Source of the DNA: Polyangiales bacterium | GTDB lineage: Bacteria > Myxococcota_A > Polyangia > Polyangiales > Houyiibacteriaceae | Reading direction: 5' to 3' | Length of the DNA stretch: 12,918 nucleotides | NCBI GenBank assembly: GCA_045106895.1 | Contig: JBGCFM010000266.1 | Coordinates: 1 to 12,918 of the forward strand | In this document: in pieces, positions 6,927 to 12,918 of the stretch | How positions within the stretch are numbered: position 1 is the stretch's first letter | How the letters are laid out: the number at the start of each line of letters is the position of its first letter | Translations under genes and position numbers: made by a program | The notes under the pieces: model-generated | Databases searched by the model: none | What the model was told of the DNA's origin: nothing | Seen by the model: only the letters and a program-made list of their open reading frames with translations

Positions 6927-7907
6927 CTACCGGGCGGGCGCGTCAGCTCCACGTCTCATGCGACGAGCTGTTCGAGCTTCCGCTTTTCGCGTTCCAAGCA
7001 TGACTACAAGCTCTTCCCGACGCGACACGCCCAGAAGGCGATACGCCGCCGCGAGGTGCTGTTTCACCGTGTGCACGGAAAGTGATAGCTCTTCGGCACA
7101 TTCGTGGTTGCTCATCCCCAAAGACACGAGGTCCGCGACCTGCCTCTGGCGTCGAGACAAGACGCCGAGGGCGACGGAGCCAAACGTGCCCAGGGGGGCG
7201 TTGAGATAGACGAGCGACGAGCTGCCGTTGGCGATGATCACACCATCGAATACGTATCGACCGATGACGAGGCGGGCCGAACCGTTGCTGCGCACGTACG
7301 CTGCGGCGTCAGACACTCGCTTTCGCTGTCTGCGATCCAACCACGCTTCCGCCCCTCGGCTCGCCGCCACAATGCGCCCCTTCTCGTCGACGACGATGTG
7401 CGCCGGTGAGGTACGCAAGAGCTCGTTGTCTTGCCGGTGGCGGGCGCAGATTTTCAACGACCAATGGGTCTCTTTCGCCTGGGCCTCTCGAAGCGCCGCG
7501 TCGTCAAAGTTCTTTCCATCGCTCGCGCGCAAAAGACCTAGCCATCCGAGGCAACGCGCGCCGTCATAGACGAGCATTCGCAGCGTGTCGTTGACCTGCG
7601 CCTCTCGATAGAGACATCGGGCCTGCTCAAGGACCTCCGTGCTCCCTCCCCGTGTCGCTATCTGCATGGGGAGCGCAAAGGTATTGATGTGATGAGGAAC
7701 CGGCGTGGAGGGGGTCCAAGAGGAGGTGAGGGGCCTGCCGACGGCCGCGCTTCGGAGGCCCTCGACCCGGTCCTTCTCGCCCAAGATCGTGTCCTCGGCA
7801 ATACGAGAGACGCCATCGAGGCTCTGAGTGATCGGCATCCACGCGGCAATCGCCGCGTCCAAGCTGCATTGGAAGCGCCCCAGTTCTTCCTCAAAAGTAC
7901 CCACCAT
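6927..7907 (-). CDS. LuxR-family regulator with N-terminal GAF-like and PAS-like sensory regions
   Basis: C-terminal HTH LSRRQRQVADLVSLGMSNHECAEELSLSVHTVKQHLAAAYRLLGVSRREEL. LRMLVYDGARCLGWLGLLR...F resembles a GAF C-terminal strand pair; AHIVVDEKGRIVAASRGAEAWL resembles a PAS start. RBS GGGGAGGG upstream. Confidence 0.88.
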   Translation of the reverse strand: MVGTFEEELGRFQCSLDAAIAAWMPITQSLDGVSRIAEDTILGEKDRVEGLRSAAVGRPLTSSWTPSTPVPHHINTFALPMQIATRGGSTEVLEQARCLYREAQVNDTLRMLVYDGARCLGWLGLLRASDGKNFDDAALREAQAKETHWSLKICARHRQDNELLRTSPAHIVVDEKGRIVAASRGAEAWLDRRQRKRVSDAAAYVRSNGSARLVIGRYVFDGVIIANGSSSLVYLNAPLGTFGSVALGVLSRRQRQVADLVSLGMSNHECAEELSLSVHTVKQHLAAAYRLLGVSRREELVVMLGTRKAEARTARRMRRGADAPAR

Positions 7908-7930
7908 CGACGACCCTCCCCAAGAACCCT

Positions 7931-7960
7931 AGACCGGTACTCGTATAACGAGTCCGATCT
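7931..7960. promoter_or_regulatory. Inverted repeat (candidate operator) in the short divergent spacer between two LuxR genes
   Basis: Core ACTCGT-ATA-ACGAGT (7939-7953) with outer arms AGACCGG/CCGATCT (one mismatch, one bulge). TACAAT at 7965-7970 immediately downstream. Confidence 0.55.
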
Positions 7961-7985
7961 CGCTTACAATGGGATGAATCCGTAC

Positions 7986-9308
7986 ATGCGCCGAAATGAC
8001 CTAATTGGAATCGTGGAGGCTTGCTACCGCCTCGATACGAGCGAAGAAGAATGGCTTCAAGAGGTCGCTGAAGCGCTTGAGGGTGTGATCCGACCCGAGT
8101 TTGGACTGCTCGCCTACTACATGTCCGATTCGAGCCGAGGACCAAGATTCGACAATCCCGTCTTCGCCGGAGCGAACTCTTCTTTGAACATGCTCGACCG
8201 CTTGAAGTCGATGGCAGCATTGTTGGATGGGCGAGACGTTCGAAGACCAGGAGTTCTAAAGTGGGCTCAACTGAAACTCTACCGACAAGTCGCGAAGGTG
8301 GTGATGAACGCACCCGCCAGCGCCGTCACACTCGCGGATGTACCCCGCGTCGGACCTAAATGGCTCTACACGCTAGGCGCCCCAGTGTCGGATGTGTATT
8401 GCCTGCTGAGCCGCGATATCGATGGCCCCGCCGTCGCGTTCATGGGTGGCCTTGGCACAGTACGGACATTCTCTGCCAGCCAGCGCAGGTCGTTTCAGAT
8501 GCTCAGCGCGCACGTAAAAGCTGGCCGAAGGCTACGGGATCGGATTCGAGGTCGATCCGTGTCCGAGCTTTTGGATTCAGCTGCGAACTCCCCAGCGGAC
8601 GCCGACGCTCAACTACTAACGGGCGGCAGCGACCTGCAGGACGCCCTTGGCGCACACCAAGAGACCATCGGGACAGCTCAGATGAGACGTTACGGCCGTG
8701 ACGTCGAGGCCCTCACGGCGTGGACGACCTTGGTCCAAGGGTACTGGACCGTGGTGCAGCATGCGGACACGGACGGGAAAAAGTTCGTCATCGCGCATCG
8801 AAATCCCGAGCACGCCAGAGACCCGAGAGGATTGACGGCCATGGAGACTCGAGTCGCGGGGCTCGCGGTCCGAGGCTTCTCCGACAAACTGATCGCCTAC
8901 CATCTCGGCGTAGCGAGCAACACCATCGCGACGCATCTGCGAAGGTCCGCTCAGAAGTTGGGCGTCACCTCGCGCACTGCGCTCATTCGTCACCTTCAGC
9001 CATGGTTCTCCGTGAGCGTAGAGCCGACCGAGCACGATTGGCGCTGGCTGGGTGATGACACGGCTATGCACGTGTTGAACATGGAGGCGAAGGTCTCTCG
9101 CAACGAACTGTCCGGCGCCGAGGAAGACGTCCTTGAACGGCTCCTTGACGGCGCGACCTACAACGAAATCGCAGATGCCCGCCGGACCAGTCTAGGCACC
9201 GTTCGAAAGCAAGTGGAGTCGGTCTATCGGAAAGTAGGCGTACGCTCGCGTGCCGAACTGGCTGCTGCTGCGGGGGGCACGGGGCTCGTCCCGCCGGAAA
9301 CGCACTAA
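7986..9308 (+). CDS. LuxR-family regulator with two tandem C-terminal HTH domains (~440 aa; alternative start 7974)
   Basis: HTH1 LTAMETRVAGLAVRGFSDKLIAYHLGVASNTIATHLRRSAQKLGVTSR (~8832-8990). HTH2 LSGAEEDVLERLLDGATYNEIADARRTSLGTVRKQVESVYRKVGVRSRAEL (~9108-9265). The N-terminus DLIGIVEACYRLD..EEEWL and the W..LVQGYWTVV..D.DGKKFV..RNP linker resemble myxobacterial LuxR proteins. The ORF-track start at 7689 overlaps the divergent gene. Confidence 0.88.
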   Translation: MRRNDLIGIVEACYRLDTSEEEWLQEVAEALEGVIRPEFGLLAYYMSDSSRGPRFDNPVFAGANSSLNMLDRLKSMAALLDGRDVRRPGVLKWAQLKLYRQVAKVVMNAPASAVTLADVPRVGPKWLYTLGAPVSDVYCLLSRDIDGPAVAFMGGLGTVRTFSASQRRSFQMLSAHVKAGRRLRDRIRGRSVSELLDSAANSPADADAQLLTGGSDLQDALGAHQETIGTAQMRRYGRDVEALTAWTTLVQGYWTVVQHADTDGKKFVIAHRNPEHARDPRGLTAMETRVAGLAVRGFSDKLIAYHLGVASNTIATHLRRSAQKLGVTSRTALIRHLQPWFSVSVEPTEHDWRWLGDDTAMHVLNMEAKVSRNELSGAEEDVLERLLDGATYNEIADARRTSLGTVRKQVESVYRKVGVRSRAELAAAAGGTGLVPPETH

Positions 9309-9361
9309 CCAGCCGCTTGCCCAGCTTTGTCCGCGGATGTTTTTGTTGCTAAGCGTCATAG

Positions 9362-10711
9362 GTGGGAATCCGAACAGCCAGCACCCTACTCATCGCTCTC
9401 TTCGCGTGCGCGTGCGGCGACGATGTGGACCCACCTCAGCCATCCCCTCCAGACACAGGCGCAGCCGACGCCGGCGTCGTGGCGGACGCGGAGGTGGCGG
9501 ACGCCTGGTCACCCTTCGATGTTTCCCTTGGGCCAGATGCCTCCGCTCTAGAAGATGCTGCGCCCGTCGACGTAGGGCCGGACGTGGAGTCTCCACTGCG
9601 CGTAGAAGTCACCATCGATGTCGAAGACTTCGCGCACTTCTACGAAGACCCAGAAGACCGCGACTTCGAACCCGAGGTCAGCGTCGAGTTTGAAGGCGAC
9701 GAATACGACGACGTACAAATGGAAGTCCACGGAGGATACGCCCGCCGATTTCCGAAGCTCTCGTTCCGCTTTCGCTTCGACAACGACGAGCCCCTGAGCA
9801 CCGACGCCTTCAGCGGCGACGAGATGGAAGAACACCGCCGCGTGGTCATGCAGGCCAGCTGGGTCGACCCGACCTACTCGCGCAACTGCCTCACCTTCGA
9901 ACTCATTCGCGCCGAGGGCGGACTCGCGCCGCGCTGCAACCACGCGGAGCTCTACGTCAACGGCGAGTATCACGGCTTTTACGTGCTCTTGGAGCGCGTC
10001 GATGAGGTCTTCCTCGAACGCAACGGGCTCAACCCCGATGGCCTGCTCCTCAAGGCGGAGAATCACAGCGCGAACTGGGCGGACAAAGAGCGCTTCATGG
10101 ACGGCATGGCCGTGAAGGGGAACGAAGACGCCGACACGGCGCCCTACGCCGAGCTTCTGGAGGCCCTGAGTGGAACGCCACTCGAGTATGAAGCGTTCCA
10201 AGAGGAGGTCGCCTCCCGCCTGAACCTGGGCGATTGGATGCTCTGGCAGGGCGTGCACACGCTCGCGGACAACCGCGATACGTTCACGAAAAACTATTAT
10301 CTCTATCGCGACCCCGATCTTCCTTTCAGCCGCTTCCGTATCATCAGCTGGGACGCGGACGCGACCTGGGGAATGAACTGGGACGGAATGCTGGTGGAAC
10401 CAACGACGATGGCGATCAACGGGCATGACCCTTTCTCCCGTCGAATCCTTCGAATCGAAGAATACCGAACCACCTATCTGGAGACCTACGCGCTCCGCGT
10501 GGAAGCGCTGACCTCGCAGGAGAGCGCCGTGCTCGCCCGCCTCGACGAGCAGCACGCGTTTCTTGAGCCCTTCATCGATCGCGACCTTGAAGAGTGGGAT
10601 CGCGGGCTCAACTCCGCTGACCTTCATGAAGCGCTCCGCACGACGGTGCAGACTCGTTACGAGATCATGGCCGAGGTCGTGTTCACCGAGCAGGAAACGG
10701 AAGAACCATGA
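9362..10711 (+). CDS. CotH-family kinase domain lipoprotein
   Basis: GTG start; signal peptide/lipobox ...LLIALFACAC; acidic Pro/Asp/Ala linker. CotH motifs HGGYARRFPKLSFRF, DPTYSRN, ELYVNGEYHGFYVLLERVDEVFL, DTFTKNYYLY and ISWDADATWG. Confidence 0.88.
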   Translation: MGIRTASTLLIALFACACGDDVDPPQPSPPDTGAADAGVVADAEVADAWSPFDVSLGPDASALEDAAPVDVGPDVESPLRVEVTIDVEDFAHFYEDPEDRDFEPEVSVEFEGDEYDDVQMEVHGGYARRFPKLSFRFRFDNDEPLSTDAFSGDEMEEHRRVVMQASWVDPTYSRNCLTFELIRAEGGLAPRCNHAELYVNGEYHGFYVLLERVDEVFLERNGLNPDGLLLKAENHSANWADKERFMDGMAVKGNEDADTAPYAELLEALSGTPLEYEAFQEEVASRLNLGDWMLWQGVHTLADNRDTFTKNYYLYRDPDLPFSRFRIISWDADATWGMNWDGMLVEPTTMAINGHDPFSRRILRIEEYRTTYLETYALRVEALTSQESAVLARLDEQHAFLEPFIDRDLEEWDRGLNSADLHEALRTTVQTRYEIMAEVVFTEQETEEP

Positions 10712-12879
10712 GACGACCCCGAATCGCTGGCGACGCTCGCGAATCTACCGCATCAAACGTTATGTCTCTACGCGCCCTTCCTCTCCTCGCGTCCGTCTTC
10801 GCTGCGTTTGTCGCCCTCTCGGGATGCACGCCGGAGGAACCCTACCGCTGCCCGGAGGGCGTTCAGTGTCTCGTGATCACCGAGATATCCGCCGCAGGGA
10901 CCGAGCACCTTGACGACGATGGCACGGTGCAAGACTGGGCGGAGATCTACAATATCCACGACCAGGCGATGCCCGTCGGCGGCTACCAGCTCACGGATGG
11001 AATGGGAGAAGCGGGCTGGCGAATTCCAGAACGCGTGCTTCAGCCCGGTGAGTACCTCGTGGTCTTTCTCTCGCGGAAAAACCGCCGCGGCGAGACGCTT
11101 CACACGGACTTCGCCTTGGACGCGGACGGCGAGTATCTCGGGCTCATCGCGCCTGATGGCGCCATCGAGTCGTCCATCGACACCTACCCGGAGCAACGCT
11201 TTGGCATCAGCTACGGCCGCGCCTTCGCCAGTGGCGCTCCCACCGAAGACCTTCGCTTCTTCCCTTCGCCCACGCCCGGCGCCGCCAATGGCGCGGGCAC
11301 CACGGACATCGACCTGCCGGAGGTGCGCTTTGACCCGCCGGGCCAGACCTTCACCGGTTCCTTGATGCTCACTTTGAGCACCGACGACGAAGATGATGAC
11401 GACGCGGTGATTCACTACACCCTCGACGGCACGCTGCCCGATGAGGCGTCCCCCGTCGCCGATGGCCCTATCGAGATCACCGGGCCGGTGACGGTCCGCG
11501 CTCGCGCCACCGACGACTCCTTCACGGGACCCCTCGCCGGCGAGAGCTATTTGCGCGTCACTGAGAATGTCGCGGCTTTCACTTCGGACTTGCCTGTCGC
11601 CATCGCGCGCTTCCCGGAAGCCATCGACGCCTTCGACGAGGTCCGTCCAGGTGAATACTACGAAGGCATCATGAACATGTTCGTGCCGGGCGACGATGGT
11701 CGTACCATGCCCGTTGGCATCCCGTCGTTCGGCGGCGAGGTCGCCTTCCGTGGCCGTGGGTACTCGAGCCAATGGTTCGACAAGAAGCAGTTCACCATGG
11801 AAGCGCGAGACCTCATCGGTCAGGACCGCGACGTCGAGCTCCTCGGGATGCCCGCCGACGGAGACTGGGTGCTGAACGCGCCTTGGTCCGACAAGTCGCT
11901 CATGCGGAATCGCTTGGCTTTGGGGCTCGCCGCGGGCCTCGGGGGCTGGGCTCCTCGCACGGAGTTCTTCGAGATGTTCCTCGCCGAAGAAGGTGAGGTC
12001 GTGACCCAAGCGGACTACGTCGGCGTGTATCTCGCCATCGAAAAGATCGAGCGCGGAAACGACCGCATCGACATCGACCGACTGGGCGCAGACGACGACG
12101 ACATCACCGGTGGATACATCGTGGTCATCGACCGCGTCGACCCTGGTGACCGTGGCTTCCGCTCCAGCGGAGGCGCCTACATGGCCTTCGTCGAACCGAG
12201 CGAAGAGCGCATCACAGATCCACAGCGCGAGTACATCGTCGGCTACATCAACGAGCTCGAAGAGCGGGTCGAGCGCGCAGACTTTGGTGCGTACGAAGAG
12301 CTCATCGACGTCGACTCCGTCATCGACCAACACCTGCTCATCGAGTTGACACGAAACGTGGACGGTTTGCGGCTGAGCACCTACTTGTACAAGGACCGCG
12401 GCGGCAAACTGCGCATGGGTCCTGCTTGGGACTACAACCTCTCCATGGGCAACTCCGCCATCCTCAATGGCTGGACGACGAACGGTTGGCAGCACGCGCA
12501 GTTTGACGCCGAGCCTCCAGCGACGGAGATGTGCAACTGCCCGGTGACGACGTCCTCGGAGTGCGAGGTGGGTTGCGCCCCACTTTGGATCAAGCGTCTC
12601 TTCATGGACCCCGTGTTTCAAGCTCGCTACCGCGCGCGCTGGGCTGAACTCCGTGATGGCGCCTGGAGCGACGCGAACATCCTCGGCTCCCTCGACGCGA
12701 ACATCCTTGCCCTCACCGAGTCCCAAGAACGTAACTTCGCGCGCTGGGACGTCCTCGGCCGTCGAACTTTTGGAAACCCCCCAGACTTCATCGCGGCCAC
12801 CTGGACGGAAGAGCTTGAGTACCTTCGCAGCTTCCTCACCGGCCGTCTGGCGTGGATGGACTCTCAGCTCCTCGACTGA
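10708..12879 (+). CDS. CotH-family kinase lipoprotein with lamin-tail domain and Fn3-associated/chitobiase-C-like domain (alternative start 10762)
   Basis: Lipobox VALSG-C. Lamin-tail domain LVITEISA...DWAEIYN...GYQLTD...LQPGEYLVVF...SYGR...PTPGAAN. Fn3-associated IHYTLDGTLP...VRARA. CotH motifs RGRGYSS, DWVLNAPWSDKSLMRN, YVGVYLAIEKIER and NVDGLRLSTYLYKDRGGKLRMGPAWDYN. ATGA overlap with the upstream stop. Confidence 0.92.
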   Translation: MRRPRIAGDARESTASNVMSLRALPLLASVFAAFVALSGCTPEEPYRCPEGVQCLVITEISAAGTEHLDDDGTVQDWAEIYNIHDQAMPVGGYQLTDGMGEAGWRIPERVLQPGEYLVVFLSRKNRRGETLHTDFALDADGEYLGLIAPDGAIESSIDTYPEQRFGISYGRAFASGAPTEDLRFFPSPTPGAANGAGTTDIDLPEVRFDPPGQTFTGSLMLTLSTDDEDDDDAVIHYTLDGTLPDEASPVADGPIEITGPVTVRARATDDSFTGPLAGESYLRVTENVAAFTSDLPVAIARFPEAIDAFDEVRPGEYYEGIMNMFVPGDDGRTMPVGIPSFGGEVAFRGRGYSSQWFDKKQFTMEARDLIGQDRDVELLGMPADGDWVLNAPWSDKSLMRNRLALGLAAGLGGWAPRTEFFEMFLAEEGEVVTQADYVGVYLAIEKIERGNDRIDIDRLGADDDDITGGYIVVIDRVDPGDRGFRSSGGAYMAFVEPSEERITDPQREYIVGYINELEERVERADFGAYEELIDVDSVIDQHLLIELTRNVDGLRLSTYLYKDRGGKLRMGPAWDYNLSMGNSAILNGWTTNGWQHAQFDAEPPATEMCNCPVTTSSECEVGCAPLWIKRLFMDPVFQARYRARWAELRDGAWSDANILGSLDANILALTESQERNFARWDVLGRRTFGNPPDFIAATWTEELEYLRSFLTGRLAWMDSQLLD

Positions 12880-12918
12880 GTTTGCCCCCGTTTCCGAACT
12901 CCCGTTTCTTGAATACTT

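Noticed and set aside
7689..7985. ORF-track N-terminal extension of the double-HTH LuxR (likewise the extensions at 2674-2775 and 3656-3691)
   Set aside because: They overlap the divergent gene or promoter/hairpin DNA; protein-like sequence begins at the downstream ATGs.
6927..9308. LuxR proteins as canonical AHL-binding LuxR solos
   Set aside because: The conserved autoinducer-binding pattern (W..Y...DP...W) is not recognisable in either N-terminal region, and no luxI is present.
9302..9365. CACTAACCAGCCGCTTG... as an integron attC site
   Set aside because: Resembles an R'' start, but there is no matching GTTRRRY R' end or extended dyad, no integrase and no second site.
10768..12726. 652-aa antisense ORF (also 9548-10627, 3551-4516, 4053-4961 and other long overlapping ORFs)
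   Set aside because: Shadow ORFs expected from high-GC3 codon bias. They overlap well-supported genes and carry no recognisable motifs.

Overview
High-GC bacterial DNA; the protein families and LuxR architectures suggest Myxococcota (Polyangiales/Sandaracinaceae-like), which is an inference. The left part holds the 3' end of a molybdopterin oxidoreductase, a strong terminator, a very acidic collagen-repeat lipoprotein (minus strand), a hypothetical protein, a double-hotdog MaoC (R)-hydratase and a DUF1801 protein. The middle (~4930-9310) is a regulatory block, locally lower in GC, with three LuxR/CsgD-type HTH genes (four HTH domains in total). One of them is translationally coupled to an alpha/beta hydrolase. 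The block also contains a ~350-nt hairpin-dense non-coding stretch with a perfect 15-bp tandem repeat. The right end encodes two overlapping CotH-family kinase lipoproteins. No rRNA, tRNA, CRISPR array or transposase is supported. The best candidates for an undescribed system are the hydrolase + multi-LuxR + structured intergenic module and the tandem lipid-anchored CotH kinase pair.
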